From the NCBI GenBank assembly GCA_965200315.1, contig OZ241362.1, forward strand, positions 2,816,001 through 2,880,000: a DNA stretch of 64,000 nucleotides. The letters are read 5' to 3'. Shown one piece after another: positions 37,816-46,870 of this stretch. The stretch comes from Candidatus Latescibacterota bacterium (lineage in GTDB: Bacteria > Latescibacterota > UBA2968 > UBA8231). Below the pieces are notes generated by a model. That model searched no databases, was not told where the DNA came from, and was given only the letters and a program-made list of their open reading frames with translations. Both the position numbers and the translations under genes were made by a program. Positions within the stretch are counted from its first letter, which is position 1, and the number at the start of each line of letters is the position of its first letter.

Positions 37816-38745
37816 TTGGCGGCTGTGAGCAACCAGATTGAGCGTCGATCACTAGGCCTAACCCTTGCCTTTACCACCCTGCTGTTGTGGGGTGCCCTGC
37901 CCGTGGTGCTCAAGCTGTTGTTGCAATCGCTGGACCCCTTTACGGTTACTTGGTCCCGCTTCTTGCTCGCGGGGGCCATGCTGGTCCCCGTCATCCACTT
38001 TCGCTACGGCCTTACCTCCCCTTTTCGGATACGCGGCGCAGCCTTGGTGCTAGCGGTGGTTTGCGTCCTCGGCCTTGGCGGCAACTACCTGACGTATCTG
38101 ATGGGTCTGAGCCGTATCTCGCCTAGCTCGGCTCAGATCGTGATGCAGTTTTCGCCAATAATTGTGCTCTTGGGCGGGCTGATCTTCTTCAAAGAACCCT
38201 TTAGCCGTCTGCAGTGGCTCGGCCTCGGCGGGCTGATCGTGGGGATGGGGCTCTTTTTTAATCAGCGCTTCGCCGAACTGCTCTTCGTGTTGGAAAACTA
38301 CGGCATCGGCGTTTGGCTCGTCTTTGCCTCGGCCATTCTCTGGGGGGTTTTCATGTTGGCGCAAAAACCCCTGCTGCGGCACCTGCCCTCAACCTCGATT
38401 ATGGCCTTGGTCTATTGGTTTGGCATGCTGCTCTTCCTGCCCTTGGCCCAACCGAGCCACATATTCGACCTGCCGGCCATCCCCTCCTTGCTCTTGGCCT
38501 GCTCGGTCGTCTTCACCCTCGTCTCCTATCTCAGCTTCGCCGAATCGCTCAAGCGGATGGAGGCCTCGCGCATGGGCGCGCTGGTCTCGCTGACGCCTCT
38601 GGTCACGATGGCCGTGATGGGCCTACTCGCCCTGTTCGACCCCAACCTAGTCCCCATGGAACCCCTCAACAAACCCGCCATCGGCGGTACCTTACTGGTG
38701 GTCGTCGGATCGATGTGTAGCACCCTCGGCAAGAGCGCCTCTTAA
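37816..38745 (+). CDS. DMT/EamA family transporter
   Basis: Two EamA repeats, about 10 TM helices. Confidence 0.88.
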   Translation: MAAVSNQIERRSLGLTLAFTTLLLWGALPVVLKLLLQSLDPFTVTWSRFLLAGAMLVPVIHFRYGLTSPFRIRGAALVLAVVCVLGLGGNYLTYLMGLSRISPSSAQIVMQFSPIIVLLGGLIFFKEPFSRLQWLGLGGLIVGMGLFFNQRFAELLFVLENYGIGVWLVFASAILWGVFMLAQKPLLRHLPSTSIMALVYWFGMLLFLPLAQPSHIFDLPAIPSLLLACSVVFTLVSYLSFAESLKRMEASRMGALVSLTPLVTMAVMGLLALFDPNLVPMEPLNKPAIGGTLLVVVGSMCSTLGKSAS

Positions 38746-38760
38746 TGGCAAGGAACACCA

Positions 38761-39336
38761 ATGGACTTTCGCATCGAAGAAGAAAGCCTCGACGGCCTGT
38801 CCGAATACGGCCAAGTGCCCATCGCCCTTGAGGTAAAAAGCCGCTTGCGCGTCGAACTCGTCACCAACGGCCTCGGGGGAATCCGACTGGTCGAAGAACC
38901 CGTCGATCCTCCCTACATCAAAAACTACGACCACTCCGGCGGCCCCGAACGCTGGACTCGGAGAACGTGGGACCTCTCGCGGTGGATTGTGCTCTCCGCA
39001 TACAGGGAACAGGAGCGCATCGGCGGGGCTATTGTCGCCTTTCACGGCGAGGGCTTAGGCTACTGCGAAGGGCGCGAAGACCTCGCTGGCCTCTGGGATA
39101 TCCGCGTGCGATCCGAATATCAAGGACGAGGCGTGGGCCAAGCGCTCTTCCAACGCGCCGAGACCTGCGCCAAGAAGCGGGGCTGCACTCAGTTCAAGAT
39201 CGAAACCCAAAACATCAACGTCCCCGCCTGCCGTTTCTACGCCCGCATGGGTGCCAAACTCGGTCACGTCCATCTCTACGCCTACCGTACCGAGGGCCTA
39301 GACGAGGTGCAACTGACCTGGTACAAGGATCTGTAG
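38761..39336 (+). CDS. GNAT acetyltransferase (streptothricin acetyltransferase-like)
   Basis: LWDIRV...QGRGVG, ETQNINVPACRFY. Confidence 0.88.
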   Translation: MDFRIEEESLDGLSEYGQVPIALEVKSRLRVELVTNGLGGIRLVEEPVDPPYIKNYDHSGGPERWTRRTWDLSRWIVLSAYREQERIGGAIVAFHGEGLGYCEGREDLAGLWDIRVRSEYQGRGVGQALFQRAETCAKKRGCTQFKIETQNINVPACRFYARMGAKLGHVHLYAYRTEGLDEVQLTWYKDL

Positions 39337-39470
39337 CGGCCGCAGACGCTGACGGTCAAAAAGCGCGAGGCGATTTGCTTCCAGTCGCGTTGGGTCTTTT
39401 GCGGCAACCCAAGCCGCGGGCGAAGAATCATTTGAGTACAATTCAGGTTTTATACCGAGGAGAGCCAAGT

Positions 39471-40649
39471 ATGACCGATCTTTTCGATAGAGTGCGCGAA
39501 GACTTCCCGCGAGCGCGGACCATGGCGTACTTCGACAACGCTTCGTCGCATCCGATCAGTGCACACTCGGCCGCGGCCCTGCACCGGTACGTCGATTGGG
39601 TCGCCCACGAGGTGGGGGAGCCGTGGTGGCCGGCTTGGGCACCGCCGCGAGACCAAGCCAAGGCCCTATTTGCCCGGCTCATCAACGCCGAGCCCGGAGA
39701 AATCGCCTTTGCACGCAGCACGGTGGAATCGGAGAGCAACATCCTCAACGGCTTGAGGGATCACCTAGCCGGCGGCAATGTGGTGATGTCTGATCTGAAC
39801 TTCAGCCCCTGCATATCCAGCTACAAGTTTCGCGAGCAGCAAGGTCTTGATGTGCGGATCGTCAAGAGCAGTCTGTCGCCAGTATTGGCGACACATCGCA
39901 ACTGGCAAATCGACATGACCGCCATGGAAGACGCAGTCGACAGCAATACCCGGCTGATTTCGGTGGCATTGGTGTCAAACGTCAACGGGTATGTCGCAGA
40001 TGTCGCGGCGATAAGCAAGCTGGCTCACGACAACGGCGCGTATCTGTATGTCGATATCATGCAGGCCGCGGGCGGCGTTCCCATCGACGTCAAGGCGATG
40101 GGCATCGACTTTGCGGCTTGTTCGACGTTCAAGTGGCTGATGGGCGTCAAGGGGTTTGGGTTTCTGTACGTTCGCTCTGATCTGCAGATCGACGTGCTCA
40201 AACCGTCGCAGCCCACGGGTGGTGTGAGACTCAACTATCCCCCCTGGGTGGAAGAGCCCGATTCGGCCAGTGAGGAGATATCGTTTTCACCCCCCACCGG
40301 AGTCGGTGCCTACGAGGTCAGTTACCCCTCGTACGAAGGAGTCGTGTGCGCCCAAGAGAGCCTGCAGTACATCCTGCGCCTTGGAGTCGATAGAATCCGC
40401 AACCACGCGAGGGACCTGACCGATCGCTTGCAGGAGGAGCTGCCGAAGAGGGGGTACAAATCGATCACGCCGCAGGGGAACGAAAGCCCCATACTCTCCT
40501 TCGTAGCGCCACACCCCGAAGCTGTCTTGGCCAGTTGTAGGAGTGCCAATGTTCATGTGGCGATGCGTTTCGGCAACAAGATGCGCCTCTCGCCCTCGGT
40601 GTACAACAACCACGAAGATATCGATCGCCTCCTCGAAGCCCTGCCTTAG
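39471..40649 (+). CDS. Class V PLP-dependent aminotransferase / cysteine desulfurase-like
   Basis: YFDNAS, VDIMQAAG, STFKWLMG, RLSPSVYN. Confidence 0.9.
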   Translation: MTDLFDRVREDFPRARTMAYFDNASSHPISAHSAAALHRYVDWVAHEVGEPWWPAWAPPRDQAKALFARLINAEPGEIAFARSTVESESNILNGLRDHLAGGNVVMSDLNFSPCISSYKFREQQGLDVRIVKSSLSPVLATHRNWQIDMTAMEDAVDSNTRLISVALVSNVNGYVADVAAISKLAHDNGAYLYVDIMQAAGGVPIDVKAMGIDFAACSTFKWLMGVKGFGFLYVRSDLQIDVLKPSQPTGGVRLNYPPWVEEPDSASEEISFSPPTGVGAYEVSYPSYEGVVCAQESLQYILRLGVDRIRNHARDLTDRLQEELPKRGYKSITPQGNESPILSFVAPHPEAVLASCRSANVHVAMRFGNKMRLSPSVYNNHEDIDRLLEALP

Positions 40650-40790
40650 AAACTGTCGAGTTATTCGGAATACGCTGCGGAAAAGAGCTGATTTCAGCCG
40701 TATAAGCCTCACTTTGCAGGGCCGCCGGGGGGTGCAATCTCCTAAAGTCGCCTGAGATCGTACCGATATTCGTTTTAACTCAACAGCTTC
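40649..40790. mobile_element. MITE of IS5 (IS1031-like) type
   Basis: Ends GAAACTGTCGAGTTA / TAACTCAACAGCTTC (13/15 inverted match), TTA on both sides. Confidence 0.75.
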
Positions 40791-40854
40791 TTAGAAGCTG
40801 CCTGCTTCACCGCGCCTTTCGGCACGACAAACCCCCGGCGGCCTCTTAGTCCCC

Positions 40855-41736
40855 TCACACCGAATCGGCCACCTCGGCGAGCCCTGAGTAGCCGTTGCTC
40901 GGCTTGGGTCTGCGGGAATGGTGTGAAGGCAGGAGTAGGGCTGCCTGCTGGGGAGCGGTGAGCTCGTCCCAGTAGGACGGCCGCCGGCCGCGCACTCCGC
41001 CGCCGCCCCATGCCATGTGACCGGTATTGTACTTGTAGAGGATGGCGCGGCGCTGGTGGTCGGCATTCCACGGGAGGGTGCCGTGGGTGCAGGCCTCGCT
41101 GAAGATGATGGCGTCGCCGGCTTTGGCGTTTATCTCGGTCACGTATTCCTGATAGTGTTCCCATCTGAGCATCTTGGCCGGGCAGGTCACGTTGGCCTTG
41201 TGGCTGCCGGCAATGACGCTGATGCCGCCGTCGCCGGGCCCTTCATCGGCGAGCAGGTATTCGATGACGCAGAGGCCGGTAAAGATCTTACCCTCGCGGT
41301 AGAAATAGGGTGCGTTGTCGAAGTTGCCGTGCAGCATGCCGCCGGAACATCCCTTGTCCATCGCGATCAAACCCGGACCGTGGTCGAGCCTCCAGCCTTC
41401 CCCGAGGATCGTGTTGAGATGGGGGGTGGTTTTGGGATGCGCCAGCATTTCTCTGAAAGGCTCGCAGAACGGCCGCGGCAATTCCAACAGGCCCTCGCTG
41501 TTGCCGAGGCGCGTCGAAGTGTTTTCGCCCTTCAAAGCAACGGAGTCGCCAAAGTACTCCGGGCTTGGTGTGAGCTCCATTGAATCGATGGCGTCGTTAG
41601 CCAGCTTCAAGTGTTCCTCGCTCAGCACGTCCCGCACGATCAAAAATCCGATCAGGTCGAAGAGGTACTTCTCATCGGCGGACATTTCCGCCGTTTCTGC
41701 GGTGATTGAGCGCGAGGTGTTGGCGTGTTCAATCAT
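40855..41736 (-). CDS. PhyH-like dioxygenase with non-canonical first motif
   Basis: EKYLFDLIGF, RLDH, LHGN, GSHKAN, AGDAIIFSEACTHGT. Confidence 0.82.
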   Translation of the reverse strand: MIEHANTSRSITAETAEMSADEKYLFDLIGFLIVRDVLSEEHLKLANDAIDSMELTPSPEYFGDSVALKGENTSTRLGNSEGLLELPRPFCEPFREMLAHPKTTPHLNTILGEGWRLDHGPGLIAMDKGCSGGMLHGNFDNAPYFYREGKIFTGLCVIEYLLADEGPGDGGISVIAGSHKANVTCPAKMLRWEHYQEYVTEINAKAGDAIIFSEACTHGTLPWNADHQRRAILYKYNTGHMAWGGGGVRGRRPSYWDELTAPQQAALLLPSHHSRRPKPSNGYSGLAEVADSV

Positions 41737-41833
41737 GGCTGTTCTCCCATAGGATGGAATGGTTGGAACATTGGTTACAGTAGCTTTTATCGACAAAATG
41801 CTCTGAGCATGTACGGTGTGCAAGGCCAATTTC

Positions 41834-41950
41834 CAACTTGGCGCGGGGCGCGGCGGTGTGTATGTTGAGCAAGCTGTGCCGCAACCCAAACCGAAGGCTG
41901 ACTATGGCCAATATCACCTGCGCCCTTTTCATTGGCAACAACGTTACCGC
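41834..41950. repeat. Diverged direct copy of the upstream region and start of the SGNH gene (44573..44689)
   Basis: 117-bp gap-free alignment, about 20 mismatches; ATGGCCAATATCACC in both, offset 2739. Confidence 0.92.
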
Positions 41951-41970
41951 CGGCGGCACGGGATAGCGCT

Positions 41971-42855
41971 ATGCATCCTTGGACCTGCCTTTTGGTACTA
42001 GATTCGTCGCGCAAGATCGTCGCCGGCAGCCAAGACTCCTTAGTCCGTGCCATCCGCCGTGGCGCGGATCTGCGCATCTATACTGAATTTCGCCACAACG
42101 AGCACATCGACGTGCGTTCCCGCAGCGACGAGAAGGTGCGCGAGGTGGCCGAGTTTGCCGTGACGTATCTCGTCGAAGACCGCTGGGCCGCCGGCCTGAT
42201 GAGCCTGCGCCAGCCCGTGTCCTTGCCCAGCGGATTTGGGCCGCGGCCTTCAATGTCGTTTTTCCTCTACAATCAAGACGGCAACCAAGCCCTCGGCCGG
42301 CCCTACCTCGACGGGCAAAAGACCGTGCCCACCCCCGAGGAGGGATCGCACCCCATGCCGAAGTACCACTTGCTCGACAGCCACGATCCAGCGACCAACG
42401 CCCCCAGCCACAACTTCATTTACGACTTTGACATTTATAAATTCTACGTCGCCGACACGTGGGAGGAAGTGTTGCACCACGACGCCCACGGCCGCGTTCT
42501 CGCCGGCTCTATCGACGCCCTCGCCACCACCTTTGGCGACGGCGCGTCCATCAAGGTCGGCATTGGCGGTTTGTGTGCGGACCTGCCCGGAGCGGGGGCG
42601 GACCTAGCCCACGAGGTATTCGTCGAGACCGGCTCGGGCTATTACTATGTCGAGCAGCAGCTCTTTATCGCCGGATCGCATCCGGTTATTCGCGTCCGGC
42701 CGAGTATCCCCATGCGCTATCAGCGCAGGGGCTGGGACTTTGGCTGGCTGGTGCTGCGCACCGACGGGACGGTCGTCTATCGGCAGTGCGACCCCTATTC
42801 GCTCGCCTTTGCCGATGGAACGCGACGCCACCCGATTCGCTGGTTCGCTCGCTAA
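41971..42855 (+). CDS. Hypothetical protein with internal two-fold repeat
   Basis: W..LLVLDSSRKIVAGSQDSL..AIRRGADLRI vs WEEVLHHDAHGRVLAGSIDAL..TFGDGASIKV. Confidence 0.75.
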   Translation: MHPWTCLLVLDSSRKIVAGSQDSLVRAIRRGADLRIYTEFRHNEHIDVRSRSDEKVREVAEFAVTYLVEDRWAAGLMSLRQPVSLPSGFGPRPSMSFFLYNQDGNQALGRPYLDGQKTVPTPEEGSHPMPKYHLLDSHDPATNAPSHNFIYDFDIYKFYVADTWEEVLHHDAHGRVLAGSIDALATTFGDGASIKVGIGGLCADLPGAGADLAHEVFVETGSGYYYVEQQLFIAGSHPVIRVRPSIPMRYQRRGWDFGWLVLRTDGTVVYRQCDPYSLAFADGTRRHPIRWFAR

Positions 42856-42961
42856 TCCGCTGGTTGGCTCCTCCCTTCAGTCGGAGGGTGAAGCGCTTCT
42901 TTGCACCAACCCTTCAACCGTCCGATTAAAGAGGCCATTCAAATCATCCCAATAAACGCCG

Positions 42962-43720
42962 ATGAACACAGCAGACTACGAATTCTTTCGCCGCAATGGC
43001 TACATTGCTCTAGGCCAACTTTTCTCCGACCAAGACGCCGCCCGTCTGCGCCAGGGCTTTGACGCGGACCGCGCAACTTGGGGCCGCGCCTTTTGGCGGC
43101 CCTTGGAGAGCACTTATCAGACCGTCAACTGCGATCCTCTGATCACTTGGCCCGCAGTCGAAGAAATCATCCGCCACCCGCAAATCCTCGACTCAGTGGA
43201 AACGCTGCTCGGTGCCCCCATCTGTCTCTCTGAAGCCTGCCTGCGCCACATGGCACCCTACGAGGGCGAAGGCTGGCGACGCTGGCATCGCGACCGTCCG
43301 CACTGGCAGCAGCACCCCCTGCGCACCCAGTACATCCACGCCCTCGTCTATTTGGCCGATGTTGACGAGACCACCCACTGCTTCTCCCTCTCGCCCGAAG
43401 CGGCCGACGCGCCCATTTTGGGCCGTGAAGACCAACTCGCCCGCGGCGGTATCGTCGATCTTCACGGCCCGTCCGGCACCGTAGTGCTCTTCAACCTCTC
43501 GGTGCTACACGCGGCGACCATCCGACCGACCCAACGAGACCGCAAAACCGTCCAGCTCTACTACGGACGCCACGACCAACCCCATTTGAGTAACTACACG
43601 ACCCTGCCCGCTCGGCTCTGGCGCGACCACCCCGACCCGGAGGTTCGCGCCTTCTACTCAGTGCTCAATCCCAAATCGCGAGCTTTTGCCGCGGCCTTCG
43701 GTGCTTCTGCACCGGAGTAA
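42962..43720 (+). CDS. PhyH-family dioxygenase
   Basis: FRRNGY, WHRD, GTVVLFNLSVLHAA. Confidence 0.88.
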   Translation: MNTADYEFFRRNGYIALGQLFSDQDAARLRQGFDADRATWGRAFWRPLESTYQTVNCDPLITWPAVEEIIRHPQILDSVETLLGAPICLSEACLRHMAPYEGEGWRRWHRDRPHWQQHPLRTQYIHALVYLADVDETTHCFSLSPEAADAPILGREDQLARGGIVDLHGPSGTVVLFNLSVLHAATIRPTQRDRKTVQLYYGRHDQPHLSNYTTLPARLWRDHPDPEVRAFYSVLNPKSRAFAAAFGASAPE

Positions 43721-43725
43721 CGACG

Positions 43726-44493
43726 CTAGGCTTCGTACATCACTGGGCAAATCTGGGGATCGTCCAAATGCGCGGTGTAGTAGCTCTGGTCGCCGGGCAC
43801 CGGCACGGCCCGTTCGTCGCGCAAATGCACGGCCAAGCTCCAGCGCACCGCGTCCGAGACATTGGCGTTGGAGCCGTGGTAGGTCAGGCAGTGGTGGACG
43901 CTAAGCCCGCCCAAGGGCATCAGCGCCGACACTTCCTCCCAAGTCCCGCCCGCCGGCACCGCGATATCCTCGCGCAGCTTGTGCTGATCCTTGTCGAAGA
44001 AATTGCCTTGATCTAAAAAGCCCCAACGGTGCGACCCGCGCACAAAGCGCATCGGCCCCAACTCCTCCTCCACATCGCACAGCGCGATCCACGCTGTAAA
44101 AAGCCCTTCGTCTTGCTGCCACATGCGCCAGTACTGCCGGTCTTGGTGCCAGCCGACGTGCCCGGCGGCCGCCGACCCCGGCGGCTTGATCAGCAACTGG
44201 CTCGCCCACACCTGCACTCGCTGGGCACCCGTTATCTCGGCGACCTTGCGCCCCACTTGTGGACAGGTCACCAATCCATAGAGCCCCGTATCCGACCGAT
44301 GCGGATTGTTGATCTTGCACAACACGCTTGGATCATACTGAGGATGCTCGGTCGGCGGCAGCCCCATATCGAACACGCCATCGCGCACCGCTACCATCCC
44401 CTGCAACGCCTTTTCCAACACATCGTCCGGCGCGACTTGCTCATTTGCGATACAATACCCGTCTCGCTCGTACTGCTCGACAGCTTGTCCCAT
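43726..44493 (-). CDS. PhyH-family dioxygenase
   Basis: YERDGY, GWHQD, GPMRFVRGSH, HHCLTYHGS; GGAGA RBS before 44493. Confidence 0.88.
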   Translation of the reverse strand: MGQAVEQYERDGYCIANEQVAPDDVLEKALQGMVAVRDGVFDMGLPPTEHPQYDPSVLCKINNPHRSDTGLYGLVTCPQVGRKVAEITGAQRVQVWASQLLIKPPGSAAAGHVGWHQDRQYWRMWQQDEGLFTAWIALCDVEEELGPMRFVRGSHRWGFLDQGNFFDKDQHKLREDIAVPAGGTWEEVSALMPLGGLSVHHCLTYHGSNANVSDAVRWSLAVHLRDERAVPVPGDQSYYTAHLDDPQICPVMYEA

Positions 44494-44642
44494 CTGAAGT
44501 TCTCCAAGAGTAGATTGCATAAAATCGCCGAGGTCGAAGTCCTGAGTGCCGAACACGAGGCCATTGGGCTAGCAATTTGGCGCGAGGCGAAGCGGTGTTT
44601 ATGTTGAGCAAGATACACCTCAACCCATATTGAGGACTGACT

Positions 44643-45281
44643 ATGGCCAATATCACCCACGCCCTTTTCATTGGCAACAGCTTCACCGCACGCAACGATC
44701 TGCCCGGCCTCTTGGCCCGACTCGTCCACGCCGGCGGCAAGGGCGAGTTGGAATGCGAGCTCATCAGCGGTGGCGGGGCCTCGCTTAGGACCCACTTGAA
44801 CAAGGGCGAGGCGCAAAAGCGCTTGCAGACATCCCGTTGGGATTACGTCGTATTGCAGGAGCAAAGCACTCTGCCGGTCAAAAACCCCAAGCGCACCGGC
44901 GAAAATATCCGCGAGTTCGACGCCATAATTAAGGCGGCACAGGCGCAGACGGTACTCTACATGACTTGGGCGCGGCAAAATGCTCCCGAGACCCAAGCCG
45001 CCTTGAGCGAGACCTACGCCGAAATAGGGCGCGAGATCGGCGCGACCGTCGTGCCCGTGGGCCTAGCTTGGCGCGATTGCTTAGCGGCGCATCCCGATAT
45101 CGTCCTGCACGACAAGGACCAAAGCCATCCCAACCTCGCCGGGTCCTATCTGGCGGCTTGCACATTTTACGCGACGCTCTTTATCGGCCGGTCCGAGTCC
45201 ATTCCCAACATCGACATTGACCTAGACGCCGAAACGATCAACGCCCTCCACCAAGCTGCGCTGGCAGCGGCGCGCACCTAG
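44643..45281 (+). CDS. SGNH/GDSL hydrolase-like protein
   Basis: LFIGNSFT, WDYVVLQEQS, DQSHP. Confidence 0.85.
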   Translation: MANITHALFIGNSFTARNDLPGLLARLVHAGGKGELECELISGGGASLRTHLNKGEAQKRLQTSRWDYVVLQEQSTLPVKNPKRTGENIREFDAIIKAAQAQTVLYMTWARQNAPETQAALSETYAEIGREIGATVVPVGLAWRDCLAAHPDIVLHDKDQSHPNLAGSYLAACTFYATLFIGRSESIPNIDIDLDAETINALHQAALAAART

Positions 45282-45309
45282 CGAGTCGCCGCGTAGAGGA
45301 GTTCGCCCT

Positions 45310-45762
45310 ATGAGTGCATTTGCAAGCGAGTACTACCTGTGGCTCAAAGCCATCCACGTCATCTTCGTCATCGCTTGGATGGTCGGCATGTTCTATCTGC
45401 CGCGCCTCTATGTCTATCACTGCCAAGTTACCCCTAACTCCGAAGCCGACGAGACCTTCAAGGTCATGGAGCGCAAGTTGCTGCGGGTGATTATGAATCC
45501 GGCGATGATCGTTTCTTTTATCACTGGCATCTTGCTCATTCTCGCCACTGGGGCCGGCGCACCCGGCACGGGCTACTGGATGCACATCAAACTGGTGCTA
45601 GTACTCGCCATGGCGGCCCTCCACGGCATGCTCGCCTCCTACCGCAAGGCTTTTGCGCGTGGTGAGAACCAAAAGAGCGAGCGGTTTTTCCGCTGCCTCA
45701 ACGAAGTGCCCACCGTGCTGGTGATCGTCATCGTGCTCTTGGTGGTAGTCAAGTTCGTCTGA
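45310..45762 (+). CDS. hemJ: Protoporphyrinogen oxidase HemJ
   Basis: WLKAIHVIFVIAWM.GMFYLPRLYVYH, MERKL, IMNPAM, NEVPT. Confidence 0.92.
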   Translation: MSAFASEYYLWLKAIHVIFVIAWMVGMFYLPRLYVYHCQVTPNSEADETFKVMERKLLRVIMNPAMIVSFITGILLILATGAGAPGTGYWMHIKLVLVLAMAALHGMLASYRKAFARGENQKSERFFRCLNEVPTVLVIVIVLLVVVKFV

Positions 45763-45831
45763 GCTTATTTCCTTATACCATATACCATCGCGGTGCTTTT
45801 ACGCTGCACCCCATTTACTAAGGAGGTATCC

Positions 45832-46809
45832 ATGAAGTCGCTTACTTCGGCGATTCTTGTGCTCGCCTTGTCCCTGCCGTGCTTTTCCCAAACCCGCGAA
45901 CAAGGACCTTGGTGGCCCTCGCAATGGGGAGCCGACGACCAAGCCGGCGCGTCCAACCGCATCACCGCCGAAACCATCCTCAAGGCCGTGCAGCTAGTCA
46001 AGACCGGCCAGATGTACGAGCTAGGCCAGATATACGAGCGCGGCATGCCGCTGTTTGGCGAGCGCACCTATGCGATGTTCATTCCCGGCTCGCCCACCGG
46101 TGGTCCCTTCGGCGAAAACAACATGCTCATGTACCACGACGAGTTCCTCTGCGCTGAGATCGGCCAAGTAGGCACTCAGTTCGACGGACTGTCCCACATT
46201 GGTACGCGCATGAGCATGGCCGATGGCTCGACCCAAGACGTGTTCTACAATGGCGTTACCGCCGATGAGATGGCCGGGGCTTATGGCGTCACCAAGCTGG
46301 GCATTGAACACGTGCGCTCCTTCGTCACCCGTGGCGTACTCATCGACATTGCCGGCTACAAGGGCGTTGAGCACCTCGACCATAGCTATGAGGTCACCGT
46401 CGCCGATATCCGCGGCGCACTCGCAAAGCAGGGGATCGCCGAAAGCAGCATTCAGGAGGGCGACGCCCTGCTTTTCAACTACGGTTGGTCCAAGCTGTGG
46501 AAGGATCCAGAGACCTATAACACCAACCCGCCCGGCATCGGCATGGAGGCGAGCGAGTGGATCATCTCCATGAAACCCTCGATGATCGGCTCGGACCAGT
46601 GGACCACCGAAGTTGTGCCCGGTCCCGATCCCAAGCAGGCTTTCCCGGTCCATCAGGAGCTCATCACCAAGAACGGCATCTTCAACTTGGAAAACATGGT
46701 CTTTGAAGAAGTGTTGGCCGACCAAGTGTACGAGTTCCTCTTTATATTTACGCCGACCCGCTTCAAAGGTGGCACTGGATCGCCGGGGCGGCCGCTCGCC
46801 ATCCGCTGA
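45832..46809 (+). CDS. Secreted cyclase family (kynurenine formamidase-like) protein
   Basis: Signal peptide; WGADDQAG, GTQFDGLSH, VHQEL, GIFNLEN, GGTGSP. Confidence 0.9.
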   Translation: MKSLTSAILVLALSLPCFSQTREQGPWWPSQWGADDQAGASNRITAETILKAVQLVKTGQMYELGQIYERGMPLFGERTYAMFIPGSPTGGPFGENNMLMYHDEFLCAEIGQVGTQFDGLSHIGTRMSMADGSTQDVFYNGVTADEMAGAYGVTKLGIEHVRSFVTRGVLIDIAGYKGVEHLDHSYEVTVADIRGALAKQGIAESSIQEGDALLFNYGWSKLWKDPETYNTNPPGIGMEASEWIISMKPSMIGSDQWTTEVVPGPDPKQAFPVHQELITKNGIFNLENMVFEEVLADQVYEFLFIFTPTRFKGGTGSPGRPLAIR

Positions 46810-46822
46810 ACTGAAAATGAAG

Positions 46823-46852
46823 AACCCCGCGTCGAAAAGGCGCGGGGTTTTT
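46823..46852 (+). terminator. Intrinsic terminator
   Basis: AACCCCGCG-loop-CGCGGGGTT followed by TTT. Confidence 0.8.
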
Positions 46853-46870
46853 AACTGCCCAAGGCCATCT

